Source: Candidatus Cloacimonadota bacterium (GTDB lineage Bacteria; Cloacimonadota; Cloacimonadia; Cloacimonadales; WRIO01). From it: a stretch of DNA of 20,631 nt. The stretch is from NCBI GenBank assembly GCA_029564175.1, contig JAKQQL010000220.1:1-20631 (forward strand), given 5' to 3'. Positions 1 through 8,830 of the stretch are shown here, piece by piece. The translations under genes and the position numbers were made by a program. The notes beneath the pieces are model-generated. The model was not told the DNA's origin, did no database searches, and saw only the letters and a program-made list of their open reading frames with translations. Within the stretch, counting starts at the first letter, position 1; each line of letters opens with the position of its first letter.

Positions 1-138
1 CAATTGTCACAAGCCAGTTGACTTTTCAGACATCTTATTACTCCGGTGATTTTTTTCAGATGATCAGGAATTTATTCCGCTTCTGATCTATTTATAGGTA
101 GGTAGAAAAATGTAATTGGATCTTAAATAAAAATAGTT

Positions 139-489
139 ATGAATCAAGAGGATCAAATCAGCGTCATCATTGGATTCAGGCCATCTTTGCCGGAATCAAT
201 GAAAATAACGTTCATAGGCCTTAAGTTCAAATTAAGCAAATCTGAAGTCATCAGAGAACTTCTTACGGGACAATGGACTCTAAATGAATTATACTCAATT
301 ACCACCAGGATTAATTCCAGGGAAGGACCATTTATGCTGCCGTATATTAAAGCAGTGTACACTCCTTCAATGAGTGTTGAGGATATCGTATATGCAAGCT
401 ACAAACTCTATGCTGATGAAATTCTTGACTTGAAGAGTCTTGAAGAATCAATTGTATCGAAAATCACTAAAAATCAGGCGAATATTTAA
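139..489 (+). CDS. Hypothetical protein (116 aa)
   Basis: ATG-started ORF after an AT-rich leader, co-oriented with the RHH and rep genes; no recognisable motif. Confidence 0.55.
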   Translation: MNQEDQISVIIGFRPSLPESMKITFIGLKFKLSKSEVIRELLTGQWTLNELYSITTRINSREGPFMLPYIKAVYTPSMSVEDIVYASYKLYADEILDLKSLEESIVSKITKNQANI

Positions 490-552
490 TTTTCGAATTC
501 GAGTTCTAAGTCTTTGATCTCTCTAACAAGTGCGTACCATTTTACGATGTAT

Positions 553-588
553 TTCATTTTTTTTCGACATTTCAGCGAAAAAAATGAA
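553..588. promoter_or_regulatory. Imperfect inverted repeat upstream of the RHH gene (operator or origin hairpin candidate)
   Basis: TTCATTTTTTTTCG (553-566) pairs with CGAAAAAAATGAA (576-588) with a one-base bulge. Confidence 0.35.
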
Positions 589-621
589 TTCTCAACTATT
601 TATAAGAAACGAATGTAATAC

Positions 622-804
622 ATGAACGATTTAAAAATTGAAACCGAAAAATTTGACAAAGTTATTACTGTAAGAATGACTGATGAAGATTACAGGCTCC
701 TGAAAAGTGTAAGTCAAAATTCAGGCAAAAATGTTTCCACCACCATCAGGTACCTTATTAACATGGTGACTGGAATTGTGAAAAATAACCGTAAAAGCAA
801 ATAG
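622..804 (+). CDS. Ribbon-helix-helix (CopG/MobC-like) DNA-binding protein
   Basis: 60 aa with a beta-strand VITVRM, then helix TDEDYRLLKSVS, then GKNVSTTIRYLI; lies immediately upstream of the rep-like gene. Confidence 0.7.
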   Translation: MNDLKIETEKFDKVITVRMTDEDYRLLKSVSQNSGKNVSTTIRYLINMVTGIVKNNRKSK

Positions 805-811
805 CTATGTT

Positions 812-2044
812 TTGACCAGGGAATTGAACATAAGGCAGGATAAGAGTAACTATAGGTCTCTTATACATCTTGATAGGTTAAGCATAACTTTCAGACATTG
901 GTCTGGTTCAACTTTTCAGGACATCCGGAATCCCGATAATATACCTGCCGAACAAGTATTCAAGAATATCAGTTTAATACATGATAAAAAACCCGGACCC
1001 GGAGCATTTTACCATACATTCATTGTTTATTATAATGGTTTACTGGTAGGGAAACTCCATACAGCCACAAAAGTGCTAAAGCATGAACTTCAGTTTGACT
1101 TTTCAAAGGAGATTTTCTATTCTTTTCACCCGGGATTCTGGTATGAAGTTTATTGTGCACTTAAAATCGAACTTGGCCTTATTTACAACAATATAATGTA
1201 CCTGGAGATATCAATTGATACAAATAAAGACCTTGTAACACAGTTCGCTTTTTATTTCAATAACTGTTTAAATAATAAACTCAGAGTGAGTGACCGTTAC
1301 TTTTTAATTAGGAAAAACACAAGCGTTTCGGTTATGAGCAATGGGTCATCATTCATAATTGATGGTAGTGATAACAAAATTGCCATCTATAATAAATCAG
1401 AACATGCTGAAGATTATATAATTAGCTATTTTGAAAATAATGGTTTTAATGGAAGTGAAGTCTTCCGTATTGAATCCCGTTTAACATGGAACTACATCAG
1501 GAAGTTAAGAAATAAAAAGCTTTTCGATATAAACGTAGAGACTCTATTAGACCCTAAAAAATTAGGTATGCTGTTTCAGGTTTCAACCTACAACAAAATT
1601 ACATTTAAAGATAAAATGATTAAAACAGGCAATAAGAATAATAGGCCAGTGTACTTGGAAACCAGCGTTATGGATGAAATCTTCATGGAAATGGCAGAAA
1701 TCGGTAAGTTAAATCCAGAATTTCAGAACAATCATTATAAGGATAATAACCTGATTGATGAAAACATTATCCGTCAGATTTATTATCGATATCTGGAAAA
1801 CGGGAATGAAAAACACATTAAGAATTTTAAAGCCTATGCTGTTCTTGCCGGTTATGAAGATATACGTCTAAGGAATTGCCTTATAAAATTTAACCATAGA
1901 TATAGAGGAAATAGGACCAATTCAGTAAAACAAAGAATGGAGTTTGCCTTAAAAAAGTGTCCGGGGAAATCGACCTTTCCGTTTAATCATATATTTAGTT
2001 CATTGGCATTAAAAATGAAATGGACTATCTCGGGATTGATGTGA
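812..2044 (+). CDS. Rep_trans-like replication initiator / MOB_T-type relaxase
   Basis: Motifs occur in the expected order: HLDRLSITF, YLEISID, KIAIYNKS (putative catalytic Tyr), FRIESRL. The start codon is TTG and uncertain. Confidence 0.6.
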   Translation: MTRELNIRQDKSNYRSLIHLDRLSITFRHWSGSTFQDIRNPDNIPAEQVFKNISLIHDKKPGPGAFYHTFIVYYNGLLVGKLHTATKVLKHELQFDFSKEIFYSFHPGFWYEVYCALKIELGLIYNNIMYLEISIDTNKDLVTQFAFYFNNCLNNKLRVSDRYFLIRKNTSVSVMSNGSSFIIDGSDNKIAIYNKSEHAEDYIISYFENNGFNGSEVFRIESRLTWNYIRKLRNKKLFDINVETLLDPKKLGMLFQVSTYNKITFKDKMIKTGNKNNRPVYLETSVMDEIFMEMAEIGKLNPEFQNNHYKDNNLIDENIIRQIYYRYLENGNEKHIKNFKAYAVLAGYEDIRLRNCLIKFNHRYRGNRTNSVKQRMEFALKKCPGKSTFPFNHIFSSLALKMKWTISGLM

Positions 2045-2128
2045 TAGACCCAACCAATTATTATGGAATGCGATTTTGGAATCCTGATCCAGGATTGATT
2101 ATGATTTTAATGATTAGGTCAGAATTGG

Positions 2129-3208
2129 TCAGTTTTCAATAATAGTTGCTACCCCATTTTCAGAAGGTTCCTTTACTTGTACCGGTGTGCAAATTCCCAG
2201 ATTATTGAAGTGAGTTAGGAAGCTCTCAATGTTATTTCCGAAATAAAGAATCACTTGGCCTTGCAAAGGAGAGCCAGAAGCATTGCCTTCGTAATCAATA
2301 AATTTTACCCTTCCCTCTAAAAAGCATATTGCATTGCAAGCTCGTAATAATCTTTGTAGCCATTTGGTCTCTGTTGCATTATTGACCAGTATGCATGCTG
2401 AGTTAATTTTGGGTAATTCCTGAAGAAATTTATCTGAAAATTGAGTGATTAATGGCTGAGAATATGGTGGATTCATCCAAATATTACCATGCCAAGAATG
2501 AATTAAGCTTGAATCTTGTTCAGTATATATTTTTTGCGCTTTTACTCTTTGATTTGCCCGGTCACAGGAAGCAGGGTCTAAATCAATTGAACCCATGGTC
2601 ATTCTTGCTGATTCAATAATGTTGGAAGGGGTAAACCATTCATTTTCTCCCGAATTTTGGTTAACATGGGTATTTATTTTCTTATATGCTTGGTTTATTG
2701 TTATTTCCTCAGATGCTAACTGTGCCTTAATTTCATCACTTGCTCTTGCTTCGATTTTCTTTACTTTGGCAATCGTATCATGGGAAACACCAGCTTTTTT
2801 TGCAATCTTATCACGGGTCTCACCCCCCGCAGATATCTGCGTAGGGTCCAGTTTCTTCCCTGATAACATTCTTATTTTTGCTTCCTTTTTATGAATCTCT
2901 TCTAATTTCAAAGATAATTTTGACCGGTCATAACTACTTACATTTCGTCTTGCAAGCTGATTATTAATTACCCATTCTTTCGCATCCTCTTCATTTTTAA
3001 AATCTTTCTGGATTGTGGTAAATTCAATGTTGTTCTTGGTGCAAATTTCATATCTGTGATGGCCGTCAACAATTATAGAATTCCATAATACTATTGCATC
3101 TCTGCAGCCATCATTTATTATGCTTGATTCAAGGCTTTGATATTCATCTGATGTTAAGGCAGGTATTAGGTTGCTGAACTTGGGGTTTATTACTACTTCT
3201 ACATTCAT
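2129..3208 (-). CDS. ParB-like N-terminal domain fused to a phage Dam-type DNA adenine methyltransferase
   Basis: N-term LIPALTSDEYQSLESSI..G..IVDGHHRYEIC (ParB/Srx) and HTH IAKKAGVSHDTI. C-term EWFTP, IDLDPAS, WMNPPYS, FLEGRVKF. Confidence 0.85.
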   Translation of the reverse strand: MNVEVVINPKFSNLIPALTSDEYQSLESSIINDGCRDAIVLWNSIIVDGHHRYEICTKNNIEFTTIQKDFKNEEDAKEWVINNQLARRNVSSYDRSKLSLKLEEIHKKEAKIRMLSGKKLDPTQISAGGETRDKIAKKAGVSHDTIAKVKKIEARASDEIKAQLASEEITINQAYKKINTHVNQNSGENEWFTPSNIIESARMTMGSIDLDPASCDRANQRVKAQKIYTEQDSSLIHSWHGNIWMNPPYSQPLITQFSDKFLQELPKINSACILVNNATETKWLQRLLRACNAICFLEGRVKFIDYEGNASGSPLQGQVILYFGNNIESFLTHFNNLGICTPVQVKEPSENGVATIIEN

Positions 3209-3515
3209 TTCTCTGGTCTTCCATTAGGATCTTCTTTTTATTTTTTGCTTTTTTCATAAATACTGATGTGTTTCGGAAAAGACCGGATTGGAACAAAATA
3301 TTTACAATTTTCACCCTGCAGTTTCGCAGTTGTGTAAGATTATATACTGAAAAATAAGGGAGTAGTAGGTCTGAGTATACTTCCTGGGATGAATGGGATC
3401 AGAAATAAGGACGAAATCAGATTCAATACAGATCTGAGTTCCTGTATGACAAAGCCTGAAAATTTATATGTTCTAAAACTCGATTTATGAGTACCTTAAT
3501 AAGATTTTACAATCC

Positions 3516-3542
3516 TTAATACATTCATTAGCAATGTATTAA
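3516..3542. repeat. Perfect 10-bp inverted repeat in the intergenic region
   Basis: TTAATACATT-cattagc-AATGTATTAA. Confidence 0.45.
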
Positions 3543-3717
3543 TCTTTATTGATACTGATTAAATAGTAGGCCCAATTGCTTGAAATTAAGAATGATATTC
3601 AAAGCATCACATTTAGATATTATAGAAAAAGGGATCCCACACGGATAGTATCAACCCTTCGATTCTGTTTTTCTGGGGAACGAATGAAGTCCGTAATACA
3701 AATAATCACACGGAAAA

Positions 3718-3969
3718 TTAAAGTCCCTTAAAGAAGTCGTACAGGTTCTTAATCTCTGGATGAGCCTTCAAGACTTTCAACAGGGTAGTCATGTGGAAAT
3801 TCCTACCGCACTCCAGATTTGTGTATGAGATTCTTGGGATGTCGTTTTTTGCGCAAAAACGCTCGATCGAAAGGCCAGTAGTCTTTCGGAGTTCAAGTAT
3901 TTTTTGACCTATTGCGGTAAGTATTTCCTGGTCTTCCTTTGAAATTGGAGTCTTTCTCTCGTATGCCAT
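3718..3969 (-). CDS. XRE-family helix-turn-helix regulator
   Basis: IGQKILELRKTTGLSIERFCAKNDIPRISYTNLECGRN pattern. Confidence 0.85.
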   Translation of the reverse strand: MAYERKTPISKEDQEILTAIGQKILELRKTTGLSIERFCAKNDIPRISYTNLECGRNFHMTTLLKVLKAHPEIKNLYDFFKGL

Positions 3970-4010
3970 TACTGTTTAATTCATTCGATCAAATTTCGTA
4001 ATAATATCAT

Positions 4011-4078
4011 AAATGTCATAATTATTACCACATAATTAAAAAATAACATATAATTAATACCATATAATTATGACATTT
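4011..4078. promoter_or_regulatory. Operator region between divergent genes: 15-bp perfect inverted repeat
   Basis: AAATGTCATAATTAT (4011-4025) / ATAATTATGACATTT (4064-4078), with four ATAATTA cores in the interval and a Bacteroidota -7-like TATTTTTG at 4082-4089. Confidence 0.6.
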
Positions 4079-4093
4079 TGTTATTTTTGCCAA

Positions 4094-4264
4094 ATGAAAA
4101 AGAAGATCAAGTTTTTCCAGGAACACTTTTGTGTTGATTATGAAACTCCTGATCGGTATTTACTTCTTATTGAAATGGAAGATGGAATACCAATCGCTGC
4201 ATATGTCGTAAAAGTGCCTGAACCATTTTTACGGTGCACCTTATACCCATATGTTGTAAACTGA
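4094..4264 (+). CDS. Small hypothetical protein (56 aa, MKKKIKFF...)
   Basis: ATG at 4094 follows the TAnnTTTG element and is divergent from the XRE gene; preferred over the track start at 4070. Confidence 0.5.
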   Translation: MKKKIKFFQEHFCVDYETPDRYLLLIEMEDGIPIAAYVVKVPEPFLRCTLYPYVVN

Positions 4265-4328
4265 TTTGCATTGAAAAGTGCCGAAGATGATGCAAATAAT
4301 GAATATTGGATTAAAGTATGTGTTGTCT

Positions 4329-4434
4329 GTATCAATTTTAGGGTATACTTCAAGTTGATACACTTTTCACAGCAAAAACGCCATAAAAACGGCCAGAACG
4401 TATTAAAATTAGGGTCACGCTAAAAATGATACAC
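4329..4434. promoter_or_regulatory. res-like site: two 35-bp resolvase-binding subsites
   Basis: 4329-4363 and 4400-4434 share 24/35 positions. Each is a dyad GTATYA-N21-TGATAC, and the second abuts the resolvase ATG. Confidence 0.6.
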
Positions 4435-5058
4435 ATGGAAGCAATTATTTATTCAAGAGTAAGCAGCATATCTCAGGATTATGAACGGCAGCTAATCAAT
4501 CTTAAAAATGTTGCCCAGGAGCAGGGATGGCATATCAGAAGAACCTTTCAGGAGAAAATTTCCGGGACCGTCAAATCCGGATCCAGAAAAGAGTTCAAAT
4601 CGTTGATGGATTATATTGATAAAACTCCGGTTCAAGTGGTCATGGTTTCTGAAATCAGCCGCCTGGGCAGGAGAGTGGTCGATGTTCTGAACTTTGTGGA
4701 ACTGCTTCACGAAAAAGGGATTGCACTTTATATCCAACAATTTAATATGCTCACCATGGAAAACGGCAAGGAAAATCCTGTTGCCAAAATGTTGCTGCAG
4801 ATGTTGAGTATAGGTGCGGAAATGGAGAACAGTCAGAGGAAAATTCGTCAATATGAGGGGATTCAGCTTGCCAGGATGAAAGGAGTGTACAATGGCCGAG
4901 TTAATGGGGCGATGTCCAATCCGTCTGCGTTATTGACCAAATATCAGAATATCTCAGATCTCCTTGATAAAAGTGACCTTTCTGTCAGGCGGATTGCCGG
5001 AATAACTGGGCATTCTATCAATACAGTCAGGAAAATCAGGCAGTTAAAAGTGATTTGA
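4435..5058 (+). CDS. Serine recombinase (resolvase/invertase family)
   Basis: IYSRVSS..Q catalytic Ser motif, EKISG, SEISRLGR, G+YNGR, C-terminal HTH SVRRIAGITGHSINTV. Start at 4435 (MEAIIY) preferred. Confidence 0.93.
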   Translation: MEAIIYSRVSSISQDYERQLINLKNVAQEQGWHIRRTFQEKISGTVKSGSRKEFKSLMDYIDKTPVQVVMVSEISRLGRRVVDVLNFVELLHEKGIALYIQQFNMLTMENGKENPVAKMLLQMLSIGAEMENSQRKIRQYEGIQLARMKGVYNGRVNGAMSNPSALLTKYQNISDLLDKSDLSVRRIAGITGHSINTVRKIRQLKVI

Positions 5059-5186
5059 CTTTACCGCTGTTTATCCCCCATAAAATTCCGGGATATTTTA
5101 AATGTATTTTTTCTATCAAAGTATCACATAATGATACTTATCTGGAAAATTTACTTTAGGTTTAATACGTTTATCTCGTTCGTTTT

Positions 5187-6119
5187 TTATTTAATCCAAG
5201 CTTTTATCTTATTATCCAATTTTTCAGCTAACTCATTGGATGATTTATATATTAAATGTGGGAAATGATTTGTATCAAAATGTGATTTTGAAAACCATTC
5301 ATCATGGCAAGTATAAATCACAGGTTTATTTAGTCCTGCAGCAAATCCGCTCTCAAAATAAACACCATCTCTTTGTTGACTAAAATCAGCAATACAAAAC
5401 CGACAACTTCTAATTGCAGCAATGATAGCGTCATTGATTGTTTGAGTGCTTCCGATTAATTGTTCATCAATGAATATTGGTTCAAAGCCATTATTCTGAA
5501 TAACTGTTTTAATAGTTTCTCTTGTTTCCCTCATTGAGGAATCAAACGACATGGCTATGAAGCATTTATTAGACAAATCCCCTCTCTCGGTTAATTCTAT
5601 GAAATAATTCAACCCACTAAATGTTATGCTAAAATCCATTGGGACCTTGACCGGATTAATAGACAATGTAATCAGGCCTTGATGGGTTAGTTCTTCCAAA
5701 TAATAAATACACTCATCATAGGACTTAAAGAAGTGTTTATAATAGAATTCAGGATTTGGAACGATATTGTTTATTTCTACTAATTCTCCATCATATTTTT
5801 GCATTTTAAACAATGACAAAAAGAGGTTATCAAGTTTGGATTTAGGAGTTTTGGGATAGATGATTTTCTCTAATTTTTCTTTATAATCATCCATTGTCAG
5901 GGAAAACCAATAAACATCTACATGTTCCTTGTCTGGAAGTTGTTTGGTTAAAATTGCGCCAGCAAAAATGTACTTATTCTTAATGAAATCTTCCTGGTCT
6001 AATAATGCATCAAATCTTATTCCATGCCGGATGAAAAGGTATTCACCATTAACAGTAATCCTGTAGGATCCACTGTCAACTCTGGTTAATTCTAAGTCGG
6101 TAATTGGGCATTTTTCCAT
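5187..6119 (-). CDS. Putative defence effector with a C-terminal nucleoside 2-deoxyribosyltransferase/TIR-like domain and a probable central winged helix
   Basis: C-term CFIAMSF...CIADFSQQRDGVYFESGFAAGLNKPVIYTC...FDTNHFPHL; central YLEELTHQGLI...ITFSG looks wHTH-like. Confidence 0.7.
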   Translation of the reverse strand: MEKCPITDLELTRVDSGSYRITVNGEYLFIRHGIRFDALLDQEDFIKNKYIFAGAILTKQLPDKEHVDVYWFSLTMDDYKEKLEKIIYPKTPKSKLDNLFLSLFKMQKYDGELVEINNIVPNPEFYYKHFFKSYDECIYYLEELTHQGLITLSINPVKVPMDFSITFSGLNYFIELTERGDLSNKCFIAMSFDSSMRETRETIKTVIQNNGFEPIFIDEQLIGSTQTINDAIIAAIRSCRFCIADFSQQRDGVYFESGFAAGLNKPVIYTCHDEWFSKSHFDTNHFPHLIYKSSNELAEKLDNKIKAWIK

Positions 6120-6155
6120 AATTCAAATGAGTTAATCTGCGTACCCTATGACATC

Positions 6156-7022
6156 TTACTTGTTTTCAGGGGTTTCTTTTATTCCGTTTATTAAATGAGA
6201 AATCAGACTGCGACAAAATTCTATGGTATTATCTAACTTCTTGGCCAACAGTTCGTCAAGTCCGTTGGATTTTGTGTCGGAAATACCTCTTTCAAGAATA
6301 TCAAGTATTCTGTCTTTAAGCTTTAAGTTCTTAATTACTATTTTGCCTATCTCACGGCCCAGATACTGCGATGCTATTTCATCCAGTCCGGCATCATCGA
6401 TAAACAGATCAAAATGTTTTTCCCATATTGCTTCACTATTGAAGCGGAAATAGTGTCTTAATATATCTGCTACATCATCGATATCATCGCCCCTGACTTC
6501 AGGTCTGTCATCCCAGGCAATTAATTTAAGTAAAACTATGCCAGACAATGTGCAAACCTTGAACTGCGTGTTATCATCAATCTGAATTTCTGCAGAAGCC
6601 TCTTCAAACACTTCCCTGACACCTTCTACATTCATGCTGGTAAATCCGGTACCTTTTACAGTTACAACTCCTTCATTTTCCAGATCACCAAATGGTATGA
6701 GATCGACTTGAGTCCGATCCTTCCAGATCAGAACGAAGGCATTCTCCTTATAAGGAACAAATCCTTCAACTTCTATTAAGTACTTTTTTAACTCTCCAAA
6801 TTGTTCGCTGTCCTTCAACATTACTGCAAAATCCAAATCACTGGTTGCACGTTTAGGAGTGACCTCATGAAGACCCCTCATCCAAACGTCCCTGGCAGTA
6901 GCCCCGACAAGGTAAAAATCAATACTGAATCTGCGGAATCCTCTTTCAAGAGCATCAAGTAATTCTTTATAATTACCTTCCTGCCTTATCTTATTCAATG
7001 GTATTTTTAAGATGTTGCTCAT
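6156..7022 (-). CDS. AbiEii-like nucleotidyltransferase toxin (type IV TA)
   Basis: FYLVGATARD, RATSDLDF, VDLIPFG, LKLIAWDDR..R..D..D motifs; overlaps the end of the upstream antitoxin. Start at 7022 (MSNILK) preferred. Confidence 0.85.
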   Translation of the reverse strand: MSNILKIPLNKIRQEGNYKELLDALERGFRRFSIDFYLVGATARDVWMRGLHEVTPKRATSDLDFAVMLKDSEQFGELKKYLIEVEGFVPYKENAFVLIWKDRTQVDLIPFGDLENEGVVTVKGTGFTSMNVEGVREVFEEASAEIQIDDNTQFKVCTLSGIVLLKLIAWDDRPEVRGDDIDDVADILRHYFRFNSEAIWEKHFDLFIDDAGLDEIASQYLGREIGKIVIKNLKLKDRILDILERGISDTKSNGLDELLAKKLDNTIEFCRSLISHLINGIKETPENK

Positions 7023-7989
7023 ATATTTTCTGTGCTGTTTCAATACATCTCCTGTCATTTGTTTCTAATAGATCGGCATACGCAATTATTGGTGGAACCA
7101 CATTATCATTTTCCCATCCAAATCGCCAGAATCTTTCAAATACTGTAATATTACCTTTATTGTCCGGTATTAACCGGTATTTTTTCATCAGATCCAACTT
7201 TTTTTCATTTGTATATAAAGTCAGAGTTTGTGGGAGAAGATAACCCGTATAAATATTTCCGGCAGCTTCTCCCCCCCAGAATGTATTTTCCCCGTCTATT
7301 TTTAACTCCTTCCATTTATTAAAGTCACCAGCTTTCATGAATTTAAAATTACCGAGAAGCAAAGTCGGCTTCAGTTTCTCATTGTAGCCAGTGATCCACT
7401 TCTGAAGTAAATCCTTTTTGTTTGTAAGTTTTAGTTCTCTATCATTCTTTCTAAGAACAAACCCCTCATCAATTAGTCCATCAAGGATAAGCTTCACATT
7501 CCCAAGAGCAATACCAGTATTTTTTGCTATCTCACGATAGGTATCATTGATTTTTTCTTCATTTACAAGAAATAACAGGATTGTTTTCAGTCCTGCCTTT
7601 GTGAATGCTCTTCCATGCTTCTCAGGATGATGGTATCTTTTATTGTCACCTTCTATTTTAAGCAGGAAATTGTCGGCCTCAATATTTATATTACCGTTCA
7701 GGTCAATATATCCTATCTTATGCTCCTTGAGGGTATTTCTAATGTTGGGAAATATTGTTTCTGCAATGACAACAAGTGGGTCATAGGTCTTAGCCTGATG
7801 AAAAATTTGATCCAGTTGGTAATTCCTGAGTTCCTTCTTGATTTCGACATAGAACTTTTGTTTGATCCCTTTATAGGTAATAGTCAGAATCCCATCTATA
7901 TCCTTAGTGACAGGTTCTGTCCATAAAGCATTGATATTATGCTCTTTTAGAATTTCTTCTGTAACCGTGTATATCAATCTCTCTTCCAT
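6991..7989 (-). CDS. AbiEi-like type IV antitoxin / transcriptional regulator
   Basis: wHTH TYREIAKNTGIALGNV, WGGEAAG, and PPIIAYADLL..D.R..E.A motifs; directly upstream of the NTase. Confidence 0.82.
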   Translation of the reverse strand: MEERLIYTVTEEILKEHNINALWTEPVTKDIDGILTITYKGIKQKFYVEIKKELRNYQLDQIFHQAKTYDPLVVIAETIFPNIRNTLKEHKIGYIDLNGNINIEADNFLLKIEGDNKRYHHPEKHGRAFTKAGLKTILLFLVNEEKINDTYREIAKNTGIALGNVKLILDGLIDEGFVLRKNDRELKLTNKKDLLQKWITGYNEKLKPTLLLGNFKFMKAGDFNKWKELKIDGENTFWGGEAAGNIYTGYLLPQTLTLYTNEKKLDLMKKYRLIPDNKGNITVFERFWRFGWENDNVVPPIIAYADLLETNDRRCIETAQKIYEQHLKNTIE

Positions 7990-7992
7990 CTG

Positions 7993-8045
7993 TGTTCAAA
8001 ATAAAATAATGTTCACGTTACGTGAACAAGCAAATATATTGAACA
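7993..8045 (-). promoter_or_regulatory. abiE promoter with nested inverted-repeat operator
   Basis: TGTTCACG-tta-CGTGAACA (8010-8028) is flanked by TGTTCAA (7993-7999) and TTGAACA (8039-8045). Minus-strand TATATTTG (8031-8038) matches the Bacteroidota -7 consensus TAnnTTTG. Confidence 0.7.
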
Positions 8046-8159
8046 TTTAATAATTATCCAAATTAATCCTGAAGGAAATATAGACATGAGATCCAACTTC
8101 ATTAAAAATGTAGTGAAATTGGTAGTATGACAACTAATATTGGAAAATATTTAATGAAA

Positions 8160-8570
8160 TCAGAAATCAAATTCCAGGAGTTCTTCTTCTTTGCTAACCT
8201 GCTGCCACAATCTCATGGACATTAACTCGTCATATTCTTTGTTGTCAAGAAGTCTCCAGGCAACTTTAGTTCCTTTTAGAAAAGTATGACGAACAGTTAC
8301 TATTTGATTCTTTGAGAAGAAAAACAAGCTACAGAAGAAATAACCTCTTTCAAAATGGACATCAGTGAGACGTACAATATCAAAGTTGCCTTCTTCTTCA
8401 TAAGTATATATCTTCTCCAACCTTATAACTTTACCAGTAGTGCAAATACTATCATTATCAATATGAAACCAGGATGGATGAAAATAACAGCCAACCCTTA
8501 GCAGCAAGGATTTTACTCGGTACTTCAAGGATTGAGATAAAAACAAAAATCTATATTGTAATGTATTCAT
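8160..8570 (-). CDS. Hypothetical protein (136 aa)
   Basis: ATG-started ORF downstream of the integrase on the same strand; no motif recognised. Confidence 0.55.
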   Translation of the reverse strand: MNTLQYRFLFLSQSLKYRVKSLLLRVGCYFHPSWFHIDNDSICTTGKVIRLEKIYTYEEEGNFDIVRLTDVHFERGYFFCSLFFFSKNQIVTVRHTFLKGTKVAWRLLDNKEYDELMSMRLWQQVSKEEELLEFDF

Positions 8571-8830
8571 ATATAGTTAGTTAAAAGTATCCCCCGGGTA
8601 TCTCCTCCCGTAATGCCCCGGCCCGCTTCCAGGCCTGTCGGTACTACAAAAAGTAATTCGCAGGATCTTTCATTACCTCTTAAATATAAATACCTGGAGA
8701 AAAAGGTTTCGCTCAAAATTTGCAAGAAAAATTTTTTCTGGGGAAAAATATTCTTTAGCTGAAAATCGGCCTTAAAAAATTTTATAAAAAATTTTTATGT
8801 AAATAAGAAATTGTATTTCAATGGTATAAG

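Noticed and set aside
2080..2096. 7-bp hairpin AATCCTG-atc-CAGGATT between convergent genes
   Set aside because: The stem is weak, the loop is 3 nt and there is no clear U-tract, so it cannot be called a terminator.
3668..8745. 13-bp direct repeat TTTTTCTGGGGAA at 3668-3680 and 8733-8745
   Set aside because: It is low complexity with no supporting flanking similarity, so it is plausibly chance.
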